From Sphaerodactylus townsendi (Eukaryota), in NCBI RefSeq assembly GCF_021028975.2, contig NC_059439.1, positions 30,256,001-30,320,000 on the forward strand: 64,000 nucleotides of DNA, in the 5' to 3' direction. Positions 21,450 to 34,046 of the stretch are shown here, one piece after another; position 1 is the first letter of the stretch, and every line of letters starts with the position of its first letter. A program made the position numbers and the translations under genes. The notes below the pieces were generated by a model that was not told the DNA's origin, ran no database searches, and saw nothing but the letters and a program-made list of their open reading frames with translations.

Positions 21450-22814
21450 ATGGAGTCTCCTGAGCTGCTGCCTGGACCACGGGCTATACCCCCCAAGCCT
21501 GCCACGCTTGAAACTCGCCAGCATCCCGCCCACCGTTGCCCGGCTTGTAACAAGGCCTTCGTTTCTGCTGCGGCTCTGCGGGATCACAGCTGCCTGGCTG
21601 GAGGCAAGAGCGCGAATTCCTGCCCCGTTTGCGGGAAAGAGTTCAAATTCCCTTACTACCTAGCCCGCCACCGTCTGACCCACGGCAGACAAAAGCCCTT
21701 CCGGTGCAAACTCTGCCACAAAACCTTCAGCCGTTCGGCCCACCTGGCGCGCCACAAATGCCCCCAAGCTGCCAAGCATTCTCCGGGTGGCCCTGGAGGC
21801 TCCCGCCCCTTACAAGAGCCGGGTAAATTTCTCCCGCCAGAGGACCCGCGTGAGAAGAAGGTGGTGGCGCCTCAGGTCGGCATGAACAACGGCGTGACAT
21901 CTGTCTCCGCCGCCCCGAATCAGAAGCGGGTGCTCCTGCAGGAAGACTGGACTTTGCTGTGCCTCTCTTGCAACGAAGCTTTTGAGACCAAGGGTGAGCT
22001 GAAGGCCCACACGTGTTTCAAGGAGGCGGCGAGCCACGATGACACGGAGGAGCAGGAGGAGGCCAAGCTGCACCAGTGTGGCGTTTGCCACAAGAACTTT
22101 GCTCGGCCGTGGTCCCTGGCCCGGCACTATGTGGTCCACACTGGCGAAAAGCCGTTCTCTTGCCCTGAGTGTGGGATGGCCTTCCGCCTCGCCTCCTACC
22201 TCAGGCAGCACAGCCGGATGCACGCGGCCAACAGGGACTGCCCTCTGCTCGGCCGGTCCGACGCCCAGGAAGAGGAAGCAGCGTCCCCCACGTTCGCTTC
22301 CTCTCCCACGGGGCCGTCCCCCAAGAAGGCCTACGGATGTAGTGTTTGCGGCAAGCCCTTCAAGAGCAAATATGACCTAGCCACGCATTTCCTCATCCAC
22401 ACGGGCGCCCTGCCGTTTCAGTGCAGCCGCTGTGGGAAACGCTTCCGCCGCCTTTCCCACCTCAAGCAGCACCACGTGACCCACACGGCCGCCCGCCCCT
22501 TCCAGTGCGTCATGTGCCAGAAGGAGTTCAAGCGCCTGGCCGACTTGGCGCGCCACCGGCAAGTCCACGAAGGAGACAAGCCACACCAGTGTGGCGTCTG
22601 CCACAAGTTCTTCTCCCGCTCCTACAGCCTCTTGAGGCACCAACGAAGCCATCTGCCAGCAATGGCCGCCGTCGCTCGACCGGACAACTACCTCAGCAAC
22701 TCCTGCTTTGACAGTCAGGACCACTCAGCTTTCCTGGGCCATGAGGAAGGGGAGGAGGAAGAGGAAGGGGAGGAAGGAGTGGGAAACCCAACAGAGGCTT
22801 CCTGTAGCTCATGA
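21450..22814 (+). CDS. ZNF579: Zinc finger protein 579
   Basis: FKFPYYLARHRLTH, VLLQEDWTLLCLSCNEAFETKGELKAH, FARPWSLARH and FRLASYLRQH match ZNF579 signatures as recalled; 454 aa in one coding exon; adjacent to FIZ1. Confidence 0.9.
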   Translation: MESPELLPGPRAIPPKPATLETRQHPAHRCPACNKAFVSAAALRDHSCLAGGKSANSCPVCGKEFKFPYYLARHRLTHGRQKPFRCKLCHKTFSRSAHLARHKCPQAAKHSPGGPGGSRPLQEPGKFLPPEDPREKKVVAPQVGMNNGVTSVSAAPNQKRVLLQEDWTLLCLSCNEAFETKGELKAHTCFKEAASHDDTEEQEEAKLHQCGVCHKNFARPWSLARHYVVHTGEKPFSCPECGMAFRLASYLRQHSRMHAANRDCPLLGRSDAQEEEAASPTFASSPTGPSPKKAYGCSVCGKPFKSKYDLATHFLIHTGALPFQCSRCGKRFRRLSHLKQHHVTHTAARPFQCVMCQKEFKRLADLARHRQVHEGDKPHQCGVCHKFFSRSYSLLRHQRSHLPAMAAVARPDNYLSNSCFDSQDHSAFLGHEEGEEEEEGEEGVGNPTEASCSS

Positions 22815-22873
22815 CAGGACCCAAAACTGGTTATAAAAAAGAATATTCTATACCTCTAAGGCTCAAGTACTGT

Positions 22874-23698
22874 AAGAACATAAGAACATAAGAACAAGCC
22901 AGCTGGATCAGACCAGAGTCCATCTAGTCCAGCTCTCTGCTACTCGCAGTGGCCCACCAGGTGCCTTTGGGAGCTCACATGCAGGAGGTGAAAGCAACGG
23001 CCTTCTGCAGCTGTTGCTCCCGATCACCTGGTCTGTTAAGGCATTTGCAATCTGAGATCAAAAAGTTCAAGATTGGTAGCCATAAATCGACTTCTCCTCC
23101 ATAAATCTGTCCAAGCCCCTTTTAAAGCTATCCAGGTTCGTGGCCATCACCACCTCCTGAGGCAGCATATTCCAAACACCAATCACACGTTGCGTGAAGA
23201 AGTGTTTCCTTTTATTAGTCCTAATTCTCCCCCCCCAGCATTTTCAATGAATGCCCCCTGGTTCTAGTATTGTGAGAAAGAGAGAAAAATTTCTCTCTGT
23301 CAACATTTTCTACCCCATGCATAATTTTATAGACTTCAATCAGCCGTCTCCTCTCCAAACTAAAGAGTCCTAAACGCTGCAGCCTCTCCTCATAGGGAAG
23401 GTGCTCCAGTCCCTCAATCATCCTTGTTGCCCTTCTCTGCACTTTTTCTATCTCCTCAATATCCTTTTTGAGATGCGGTGACCAGAACTGGACACAGTAC
23501 TCCAAGTGCGGTCGCACCACTGCTTTATATAAGGGCATGATAATCTTTGCAGTTTTATTATCAATTCCTTTCCTAATGATCCCCAGCATAGAGTTTGCCT
23601 TTTTCACAGCTGCCATGCATTGAGTTGACATTCCCATGGAACTATCAACTAAGACGCCCAAATCCCTTTCCTGGTCTGTGACTGATAGCACTGACCCC
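22874..23698 (-). mobile_element. CR1 LINE 3' fragment (family with a ttcttatg tail)
   Basis: Minus-strand ORF ..ERDLGVLVD..VRPHLEYCVQFWSPH..; (aagaacat)n at the left end. Confidence 0.92.
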
Positions 23699-24158
23699 TG
23701 TGAAACACAGTTTCCTCAAATTATGCTTAACAAACACATAGGTATTACTTCACAATAACATTTTTACTCCAGCAATCATTTTTATGCCCTTGCAATGATA
23801 TAACTCAAACAAAAAAAATTCTCTCTAGATATAAGATAACCATACAATATCCAAGGGGCTAGGACCTCTCATTTAGAACAGGTAGTTGGGATTTGAGAAG
23901 TACAGTCATCCCTCACAGAAGAGGCACGATGTTGAAAAAAGAGAAACAAATCTTTTTGTGTTAATCATTAAGAATTTATTACAAGGTCTTAATTTTTATG
24001 GGGCCGTAGAAGGTGTTCACGAGGCATAGCCTAACCTGGGGGTTAGCTAGCCCCTTGTATACTGTATACTTATCTTATATCCATGTATGGAGAAGGGTTT
24101 TTTTGTTTGAGTTATATCATAGCAAGGGCATAGAAATGATTGCTGGAGTAAAAACGTT

Positions 24159-24808
24159 AAGAACATAAGAACAAGCCAGCTGGATCACACCAGAGTCCAT
24201 CTAGTCCAGCTCTCTGCTACTCGCAGTGGCCCACCAGGTGCCATTGGGAGCTCACATGCAGGATGTGAAAGCAATGGCCTTCTGCGGCTGTTGCTCCCGA
24301 TCACCTGGACTGTTAAGGGATTTGCAATCTCAGATCAAAAAGTTCAAGATTGGTAGCCATAAATCGACTTCTCCTCCATAAATCTGTCCAAGCCCCTTTT
24401 AAAGCTATCCAGGTTAGTGGCCATCACCACCTCCTGTGGCAGCATATTCCAAACACCAATCACACGTTGCGTGAAGAAGTGTTTCCTTTTATTAGTCCTA
24501 ATTCTTCCCCCCAGCATTTTCAATGAATGCCCCCTGGTTCTAATATTGTGAGAAAGAGAGAAAAATTTCTCTCTGTCCACATTTTCTACCCCATGCATAA
24601 TTTTATAGACTTCAATCCTATCCCCCCTCAGACGTCTCCTCTCCAAACTAAAGAGTCCCAAACGCTGCAGCCTCTCCTCATAAGGAAGGTGCTCCAGTCC
24701 CTCAATCATCCTCGTTGCCCTTCTCTGCACTTTTTCTATCTCTTCGATATCCTTTTTGAGATGTGGCGACCAGAACTGGACACAGTACTCCAAATGCGGT
24801 CGCACTAC
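24159..24808 (-). mobile_element. CR1 LINE 3' fragment
   Basis: VVRPHLEYCVQFWSPH..DRFMEEKSIYGYQS*; nearly identical to 22874-23698. Confidence 0.92.
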
Positions 24809-25227
24809 TGTGTGTTTGTTAATCATTATTTAAGGAAACTGTGTTTCACAGTACTTGAGCCATAAGTGTACAGAATTTTTTTTATAACTTTCAGGTGTAC
24901 ATACCCTTCTTTCTTATGGAGGACCCAGAACTGGGGCATGACCTGAGGTGGATGCTCGGACTTTGTGGAAGGAAGGCCACAAGTAACTGACAAAGGCGAC
25001 TAATAGAAGATTGCTGACAGACAGCACCCCAGCTGAGAATTGCCACGTGTGTCAATTGCAGAAAAATAAATATGAGCAATTACATTGTGAGACAGATTGA
25101 TTCTTCAAATAAGCCTTGCGCTGCTCCCTTCTCCTGGCCAGCCCCAGCAACGAAACGGCAAATACTTGAACAAAAGAACCTTTGACTCTTGTATTCCTCC
25201 GCATTAAATCAAAACATGATTAAGGTT

Positions 25228-25449
25228 AGGGTGTTGCGGGTTTTCCGGGCTGTATGGCCGTGTTCTAGCAGCATTTTCTCCTGACGTTTTGCCTGCATCT
25301 GTGGCTGGCATCTTCTGAGGATCTCGGAGATCTTCAGAGATGCCAGCCACAGATGCAGGGGAAACGTCAGGAGAAAATGCTAGTGGAACACGGCCACACA
25401 ACCCGCAACGCCCCAGTGATTCCAGCAGTGAAAGCCTTCGACAGTACAA
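25228..25449. mobile_element. Penelope-like fold-back fragment (hammerhead cores mutated)
   Basis: Same inverted pair as 20727-20939; ends gtgaaagccttcgacagtaca. Confidence 0.78.
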
Positions 25450-25848
25450 CGATAAAGGTTATAGGAGATTAAGGTTTTGGGAGAAAGCAGGGTATAAATG
25501 TCTAGATAAATAAATGAATGGATGTTTGAATGTGGAATAGATTGATGGTGTCATCCAAAGCAGAGTTTCTCTCTTCTAATTCCACCACAGTCATTTAAGT
25601 TTAGGAGTGTTAATTTGAGTGTCACTGTGTGACTTGGATTGGGTTTTATAATAGGCTCATTTCATCAGTCAAAATTGCAATTTTCCATTCACAGATTATG
25701 AGCATGTGTAGTATGACAGATTAAAAGAACTTTAAATTGGGGGAGGGGGGGTCCTGGAGAAGCAGCTCCCCACATTACTTTTTTCAGTCACTCAAATACC
25801 TCTTTTTTCTCTTTATCCAAACTCTGTTTTTGGGACCACACCTAATAA

Positions 25849-26316
25849 AAAGAAGAAGAAGAAGAAGAGTTTGGATTTATATCCCTCCTTTCTCTCCTGT
25901 AGGAGACTCAAAGAGGCTTACAATTTCCTTGCCCTTCCCCCCTCACAACAAACACCCTGTGAGGTAGGTGGGGCTGAGAGAGCTCTGAGAAGCTGTGACT
26001 AGCCCAAGGTCACCCAGCTGGTGTGTGTGGGAGTGTACAGGCTAATCTGAATTCCCCAGATAAGTCTCCACAGCTCAGGTGGCAGAGCAGGGAATCAAAC
26101 CCGGTTCCTCCTGATTAGATACACAAGCTCTTAACCTCCTAGCCACTGGATTTATATTCTCCCTTTCTCTCCTATAAGGAGACTCAAATGGGCTTACAAA
26201 CTCCTTTCCCTTCCCCCCCCCCCACAACAAACACCCTGTGAGGTAGGTGGGGCTGAGAGAGCTCCAAAGAACTGTGACTAGCCCAAGGTCACCCAGCTGG
26301 CGTGTGTTGGAGTGCA
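25849..26316 (-). mobile_element. Two tandem Squam3-like SINEs (near full-length plus partial)
   Basis: First copy 25849-26147; second copy starts tggatttatatt at ~26147. Confidence 0.82.
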
Positions 26317-27369
26317 TCCAAATTTAGTACTTATTCATGTTACTTAAAGTCTACCTTTCTCACTGGGGCTCAAGGAGGATTGTAGAATAGGTTGATACAA
26401 TAGAGTCTGGATCTGCACTTTGGAAAAATGGTGGAAATCAGCTACAGGGTTGAAATAAGAATAAAAATGCATAAGCCTTTAAACGTGACACATTAAATGA
26501 TGCACAAAATGATCAACAGTGTGTGTGGGTCTATCCCAGAGGAAGCAGACGACAGCCCGACACTGTTCTCACTGCTCTTATGGACATGTTAGCATCTCCA
26601 TTCCTTTCTCACTATATACACCTTTTTAAACGATAGTAGTAAAGATTAGTTTAAAATGGGTTAAACATATCTATATTCAGTTGTGTGTGTGGCGGGAGAG
26701 AAGATCCTCACTTCCACTGTGAAAGGGGTGCCATTTTTAAAAATGGCTGAATTTGTCTCCAAAATGTTGTGGAGTTTGATCCTGAGTGGCCAGTGACATA
26801 ATTTAGCAAACCAAATGGGATAAATCGATAGGGGCAGCCATGTTAGACTAAAGTCCAAGAGGGTCAACTTGCACTTTAAAAAACTAAATGTTTATTTCAG
26901 CAAAACCTTTCTAGATCCGGACACTTTGAATAGGGACAGGAAATGGTTGGTATCTAATGGTTAAATGCAGGTAAATGCCCTTGTTTCCTTAGCGATTGTA
27001 CTGGAGGAAGAGGAGTTAAATAAATGTTTCTTTTTAAATCCCTGCATTCCGATAGGGTTGGGGATAGGATCATCAGGAGAAAGTATTTCCACCACTCCTT
27101 TGACTTTCCTGCAAAATGGTGGCGGTTGGGGGAGGATGAGCTCTTGAGAATGGCCATTGCTGCCCCGGCTATTATTTCTGCAGAAGACAGACCTTGAATT
27201 CACCATACTCTTTCTCTGCAGTTCTTCAGAGAAACAGCTGGTTGATGTCAGAAATAGAAACAAGGCTCCTATCAGCTGCAAAGCTGCTGTTTCAACAACA
27301 GCATTTTCTAGTCACTTTCCTCCGCTTGATCAATTTGTCATCCTTCAGCATCCTTCACAGCAAGTCTTA

Positions 27370-27510
27370 GGCCCCTTCCGCACAAGCAGAATAATGCACT
27401 TTCAATCCACTTTCGCTATTGTTTGCAAATGGATTTTTCTATTCCGCACCACTGCAAAGTGCATTGACAGTTCATCGAAAGCGCATTATTCTGCATATGC
27501 GGAAGAGGCC
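27370..27510. mobile_element. Palindromic MITE (Harbinger-like)
   Basis: tta|ggccccttccgcaca...tgcggaagaggcc|tca. Confidence 0.7.
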
Positions 27511-27817
27511 TCAGGCAAATGAGGAAATAAATAAATAAAAGCGCGTGGGTTCCACATTTACAAAATCAAAACCCACAGAGGGTTCCTGTACCCGGAACTG
27601 CAGGTCCCTTTTCCCTGCAACATAGAATCTATAATGACTCCAATTTGTTGCAAGCACTATCCAAGTGTTGCTAAATGAACAAATTCTACTGGCACCTTAA
27701 AAACAGATCTGCAGACACTTCAATGTACCATAAACTTCCCTGTGGTGTTGTGGAACAGACGGGCGTGGCTACTCTTGGGCGAATTGGTCTCCAAAGCTGT
27801 TAAATCGCCCTGAGCTC

Positions 27818-27963
27818 TGATTGGACGGCTTTCAGCATCCCTTTGGGTTGATTGGCTATAGGAAAGTTGACGTCCGTATTCCAGGTAATTCGGAGACTTT
27901 GGAGTCGGGGGCTGCAGCGGACCTGTCCCTGTTTTCACTCTGGTCGGACTTCAGCCTATAAAA
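27818..27963 (+). promoter_or_regulatory. Histone H4 promoter: CCAAT boxes, H4 site II (HiNF-P type) element, TATA
   Basis: gattgg x2; gttttcactctggtcgga; tataaaa. The same gttttcact.(a/t)ggtc.ga + TATA module is at 36490-36523 and 38917-38953. Confidence 0.8.
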
Positions 27964-27985
27964 CGCCAGTCCTCCGCTGGGATAG

Positions 27986-28330
<345 letters not shown>

Positions 28331-28365
28331 GGCTCTTTCCGAATTGCAAAACATAAAAACCCAAA

Positions 28366-28406
28366 GGCCCTTTTCAGGGCCACCCCACGTAATCCTAAAA
28401 AGAGTT
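28366..28406 (+). terminator. Histone 3' stem-loop and HDE
   Basis: ggcccttttcagggcc (28366-28381) then aaaagagtt. Confidence 0.95.
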
Positions 28407-29689
28407 GTTTCCAAACACCGAGCTTGTGTTCGAGTGTGTCGTTTGCGTGGAAAGAGAATGGGGTTATTTTCTCTGTTATGAATTGATTTAATTCAAGGGG
28501 CTGCATATACAAGTAAAGGCTATGTATCTACTCATTGAGGTGATGAGCTCTCTTAGGTGAGTGGCTAGGATTTTAGTCGCAGTTGAATTGCCAGGAATTT
28601 TTTTGGTAGGGAAAACTAGGTTTTAAAACGAATGTTTTAATGTTATTTCACAAGCTGAATTGTACGCGTGCAATCTGTTGGGCTGTTGTAAGCTAATCAT
28701 AAGTCAGTTTTGCATTTCATAACCCAGTTTACCAGTCCTTGCTTTGATTCGCTCAAATCTGCAGGGGTCTTAAATCTTGAGCATGCTTTATAAAAGAAGT
28801 GGTCGCCATTTTCTGTCGTGGACATATATATTTGTCTCTAACGCAAGATAAACGAGAACCTTGTTTCTTTCCTAAACACACATCCTTCAATTTGATCCTA
28901 CAATTATTGCTCTCCAATAGTAAGTTCGATAAATAGATCGGTTCTGGTTTCAGGAGGGTCTTTGGATTCCTCCTCGTTCTTAGCCTGGTTTCCAAAGAAC
29001 AAAGAAAACCAGGGAGGGGCGTGGCTTAACTGCCAACACACCAGTGGCGGGAAAACTAGGATTATTGTATGAAGTAGCCAAGAGATGGTAAATTAAACCT
29101 CGTTCCACTGGAAGGACGTTTTAAAAACGGCAGGGAATCGTCTCTTGCTTTCTTCCCAACCACCCCCCCACCCCCCAAAAAAACCACCTGCTTCCCCCTG
29201 TTTGTAATGCATTGGATGGTTTGGCAGAGTTGTGACAGCTCGTAAGGGATTCATTTCAACCACACACAAATTGTGGAACTTTGTTGGAAGAGAATTTTGC
29301 AAGCTACTATCAAAGCAATGCAACCCTTTGGGGTGATAGTGTATACCATGCCCGTGATACATAGTATTTCTCCACACCCACGAAAACTTGATGAAATCTT
29401 TCAAGGTTGTAAATCAGCACTGAATGTTTGAAAACCTTGTTGGTGTGTATTTAGCTGGGTTTAGCCCCAAGAAGATCTGGATTCAATCAAGGTGCCCACT
29501 GGGTGATTAAAGTAGCTCCACTATGTTAGTCGAACCTCCATATGCAAGTGCAGTATTTCTCTGACCACCAGATAGACAAAAAAGGTGGAGGGATCTTGTT
29601 CTTGTGGGCTGTTTGTGAACATTCCAGAAGCATTCAGTTAGCTACTGTGGGAAACAGGACGGGCCTGAGCATTGAGCTTTGACATAGCA

Positions 29690-29835
29690 CAGTGGTGGCG
29701 AACCTTTGGCACTCCAGATGTTATGGACTACAACTCCCATCAGCCCCTGCCAGGATGGCCAATTGACCATGCTGGAAGGGGCTGATGGGAATTGTAGTCC
29801 ATAACATCTGGAGTGCCAAAGGTTCGCCACCACGG
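29690..29835. mobile_element. Palindromic hAT MITE
   Basis: TIR cagtggtggcgaacc; perfect 8-bp TSD acatagca (29682-29689, 29836-29843). Confidence 0.88.
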
Positions 29836-30211
29836 ACATAGCAGAACTGGTCTGGGGGTCCCCAAGTGTGGCTGAGACAGAATAACAGTTTCATGGGATT
29901 TTGAACTCTTGGTTTCTCATGCCTTGTCTATTAAGCCAATAAATGGCTTCAGCCACAGCCTCAACGTCTTGTTGTGTTCCCATAAATACAATTCCAGAGT
30001 CTGCAAAAACTAAGTGAAAATAAAGCTAAATTGTCCAGATGTTTTTCAGCTGTGGCATGACAATGTTGGTCCTAAAACCAAATTCAACCTCCCTCTAAAG
30101 TTCTCTGTGTGTCAACAATACATATATACACAGAAAGACACTATTGGGGGGGGGGGGAGAGCTACACAAATATATCCACACACATATACAAAGGAACATA
30201 CACATAAGTAG

Positions 30212-30745
30212 TGTGTACTATCTGAGACTTTTAAGGAAACAACAACTGAATGGAAAACTCCTGGTGTCCTTTTACCGCTGTGCTATAGAGAGTGTCTTAA
30301 CCTACTGCATCTGTGTATGGTTCTCCAGTTGCACAGTGGCAGATAGGAAGGTACTCCAAAGGGTGATCACTACTGCACAGAGGATTATCGGCTGCCCTCT
30401 CCCCTCCTTGGAAGAACTCTATAATTCCCGAAGCCTAAAGAAAGCCCAAAATATTCTGAGAGACCCGTCTCATCCAGCACACTCTCTTTTGGAACTGTTA
30501 CCATCCGGCAGACGATACAGGTCTACCAAAACTAGGACAAAGAGGCTTAGAGACAGCTTCTACTCTAGAGCTGTGGCGATGCTGAACTCCGCGGCTTCGT
30601 GTTGATGTGTTTGGGGCTGTGTAGGGATGGGTGGAGGAAGGGGAAAGTGAGGATGGGGTATGAGTCTGAAATTGTGTGCATCGAGGAATGCTGCTGTAAA
30701 TTTCGTTGTGCGTGCACAATGACAATAAAATGCTTTGCTTTGCTT
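30212..30745 (+). mobile_element. Rex1/Babar-type LINE 3' fragment
   Basis: FYRCAIESVLTYCICVWF..LQRVITTAQRIIG..DPSHPAHSLLELLPSGRRYRS..RLRDSFY is a typical Rex1 ORF end; 3' UTR ends caatgacaataaaa(tgctt)n. Confidence 0.85.
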
Positions 30746-31047
30746 GTGTGTGTGATTTGATTTATTATACTTGTATGCCACCTTCCCCGGCTTCGGGGTT
30801 TCAGGACAGCTTCCAACATCAGAGTATATACTATGAATACAATAAACATCACTAATAAGATGTCATAAAACCAACCATTAAAATCAATTAATGTCAACTG
30901 AGGGCATGTAAAACTTTCCAACTATCAGCAAATTAAGATATCCGCAAGGCAATAATGCTCAAAAAAGCAGGCAGAGAGGTGGAATCAACAGATAATCCAG
31001 ATGGGAAATGGGTGGATAGATGTAACTTTTAGCTGACCCAGCTTTTT

Positions 31048-31393
31048 AGAAGAAGAAGAAAGAAGGAAGAAGGAAGAAGGAAGAAGAAGAAGAAGAAGAA
31101 GAGGAGTTTGGATTTATATCCCCCCTTTCTCTCCTGCAGGAGACTCAAAGGGGCTTACAATCTCCTTGCCCTTCCCCCCTCACAACAAACACCCTGTGAG
31201 GTGGGTGGGGCTGAGAGAGCTCCGAGAAGCTGTGACTAGCCCAAGGTCACCCAGCTGGCGTGTGTGGGAGTGTACAGGCTAATCTGAATTCCCCAGAGAA
31301 GCCTCCACAGGTCAGGCGGCAGAGCTGGGAATCAAACCCGGTTCCTCCAGATTAGATACATGAGCTCTTAACCTCCTACGCCACTGCTGCTCC
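31048..31393 (-). mobile_element. Squam3-like SINE, full length with long (GAA)n tail
   Basis: Near-identical to 51881-52179. Confidence 0.88.
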
Positions 31394-31843
31394 TATTTAA
31401 CTGTTTAAATTGAGTCATCTATTTGGCCCACCAGTGTACAAGCCCCAGTAGTGCATTTTCTGTAAAGAATCCCAGCAACCAGCAGATGGATGGTCCAGTG
31501 GAAACTGGGACCGCAGTTCCATTGCTACAGCAGAATCCACCCTCCGTCCACATCTGCTGTGTGGGAATGCCAGTGTAAAGCTAGCATCAGAAAGATCAGT
31601 GATTTATCTTAGGGGGAAAAAATACGCAGATGTGCTGAATCTGTGACTAGCATTAATCTGCTATGCCAAAAGCAACTATGAAGTTATGAGGACTTTGTGG
31701 TTTAAAATGGTGACCTTGGATTTATGGATGTTTCATTCAGCCCGAGCTTCTTCGTTCACATTTAATAAACAGAATAGTAATCAGATCTGATGTATGTGGC
31801 CATTGATTGTATTATTCTGCTTGCAACCACAGTGTACAGAGAA

Positions 31844-32130
31844 AGAAGAAGAGTTTGGATTTATACCCCACCTTTCTCTCCTGTAAGGAGACTCAAGGTG
31901 GCTTACAAGCTCCTTTCCCTTCCTCTCCCCACAACAGACACCTTGTGAGGCAGGTGGGGCTGAGAGAGTTCCGAGAGAACTGTGACTAGCCCAAGGTCAC
32001 CCAGCAGAAGAGTAGGAGTGCGGAGACACATCTGGTTCACCAGATAGGCCTCCGCCACTCAGGTGCAGGAGTGAGGAATCCAACCCGGTTCTCCAGATTA
32101 GAATCCACCTGCTCTTAACCATGCTGGCTC
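31844..32130 (-). mobile_element. Squam3-like SINE (second subfamily)
   Basis: Tail and CORE as above; lacks part of the insert; similar to 45870-46112. Confidence 0.8.
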
Positions 32131-33179
32131 TTAGCCGGTTTATGGAAGGCGGGAGAAGAATTTTAGGCTATTCAGGACCTGGAAATGGCTCCTTAAGGGA
32201 AGGAATTTGTGGTTGCCTTCTTTAGAAATTGTATTTTTATGGAGGTCGTACTTTTAAATGTTTTAATTTCCCTGCTACATTTTCTGTGGAATTTGTATTA
32301 TTATGTATGTCAAATACCCCAAACCCAGCTTCATCTGAGAAAAGGCAGGGTAGCAAGCCCAATAAAATAAAAAATAACATGGATTTCAGAATGCACCAAA
32401 GGCTTCCAAGGGTAGAGAACATGGGGGGGAGGGGGACACCTCTATTTCAGCATATAAACCTAGCATGTGTATAGTTTGCTTCCCAGCACAGATCGGATCA
32501 CACGGCTCCCAAATAAAGCAGGTAACATAACAGGGAGAAATGATAATTAACGAGGGAAGAGTCTGAAGGTTGAAAACTCAACTAAGCCCCCTCCCCATCT
32601 TTGTCCCAGGACAAGACAGCTCTTGTCACTATGGCAGCCATTTTAATGCACATTCCTTGACGAAGAATTGATGGGGCATCTAAAAATAAATCGCACTGAA
32701 TTAAGAAGTCAGGGATTAAGCTTCATTTTCAGACACCAGTGCTCAAAAGAACAGGAAAAGTAGATATATATTTTAAAATCTACAGCTAAAAGTTAAGGCA
32801 TTTCTGGGGAAGGCATCCCACGCGCTATTCCAAAGTGGCTGAATGAATGTGTTACTTGAGCTACTTGGAAGGGCTCGGAGGGGCCCGCCGCGGCTGAGGG
32901 GAGATCCGTTTCTTCCCCGGGGAGATCCAGACCCTCCAGAGATGGGCCCGCTGCCCTTGCCCGGCCCGGGGTGCCCGAGGGGACCGGGCCACGGACGAGA
33001 AAAGGCCCCCGAGCCGGGCCAGCCGGCCGCCGGGGGCCGAAGCCTTTTCCCTCCCGTGGCTCAGCCGCCCGGCCCCTCCCGGCCCAACCGGTGCACCAGG
33101 CAGTCAGGCGGCAGGGTCCGGTTCCCGAGCGGCGGGCGAGTCCCGGGGCGGCGGGGCAGGCGATCCCGGGGCGCTTTTG

Positions 33180-33310
33180 TGCCGCCCAAGAAGCACAAGC
33201 AGGAGCCGGCAGGCAGGGCAGCCATGCAGGCAGGCGGGAAGGGAGGAGGGTGGCGCGCGGAGGCCGGGCCCACAACGCGCCAATCGGGGCGCGGCTCCGC
33301 CTATAAGTAG
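33180..33310 (+). promoter_or_regulatory. Histone H1 promoter
   Basis: AC-box-like aagaagcaca, GC-rich stretch, CCAAT (~33280), tataag (33302); mirrored at ~43845-43975. Confidence 0.7.
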
Positions 33311-33361
33311 CGGTCCCGCGGCGGCTGGGGCTCAGACCCCAAGCTCCCCGCTGCAGCCGCC

Positions 33362-34046
33362 ATGTCGAGACCGCCCCCAGAAGCGCCGCGCCCGCCGCCC
33401 CGCCGCCCAGGGCCCCGCCAAGAAGGCGCCGGCCGCCCCCAAGAAGACACCCGCCGCCGCCGCCAAGAAGCCCCGCAAGGCGGCCGGACCCAGCGTCACC
33501 GAGCTCCTCACCAAGGCCGTCGCCGCCTCCAAGGAGCGACACGGCGTCTCGCTCGCCGCCCTCAAGAAGGTCCTCGCCGCCGCCGGCTACGACGTCGACA
33601 AGAACAACAGCCGCATCAAGATCGGCCTCAAGAGCCTCGTCACCAAAGGGACCCTCCTGCAGACCAAGGGCACCGGCCTCCGGCTCCTTCCGGGAATCAA
33701 CAAACAGGCAGACGCCTCCCGCGGCCAAGGGACCCCAGGGACCGGAGGCCGCCGCCGCCGGCAGCCCGCCGCCAAGAAAACCAAGGCCGCCGCCAAGAAG
33801 CCCGCCGCCGCCGCCGCCAAGAAGACCATCAAGAAGGCGCCCCTCAAGGAGCCCAAGAAGCCCGCGCCCAAGAAGACCAAGGCCCCGGCCAAGAAGCCCG
33901 CGCCCGCCAAGAGCCCCAAGAAGGCCAAGGCCCCCGCCAAGACCAAGAAGACCAAGGCCGCCGCCAAGAGCCCGGCCAAGCCCAAGGCCGCCAAGCCCAA
34001 GCCCAAGGTGGCCAAGACCAAGAAGGCGGCGCCCAAGAAGAAGTGA
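33362..34046 (+). pseudogene. Histone H1, frameshifted as assembled (probably sequencing error in an intact gene)
   Basis: ATG at 33362 is out of frame with the globular domain ([28 protein letters not shown]..). Indels cluster at ~33365-33415 and ~33675-33765; ends KKAAPKKK*. Stem-loop ggctcttttcagagcc 34081-34096 and HDE aaagagctg are intact. Confidence 0.8.

Larger units (their letters stand above)
22830..24890. mobile_element. Fold-back (long-TIR) element with a CR1 inserted in each arm
   Basis: Left arm 22830-22873 plus 23699-~23865 is the reverse complement of right arm ~24050-24158 plus 24809-24890 (e.g. ggctcaagtactgt|gaaacacagtttcct vs aggaaactgtgtttcacagtacttgagcc). Confidence 0.7.

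Noticed and set aside
25228-25449. Additional hammerhead ribozymes in the 19030, 25228 and minus-strand 38244 copies
   Set aside because: Core or stem substitutions (CAGAAGA, CGGAAGA, GCAAAAC, GAAACATC) make them likely inactive.
26954-27360. Coding-looking minus-strand stretch (106-aa ORF)
   Set aside because: No recognisable family, splice structure or poly(A) remnant; cannot be supported without a search.
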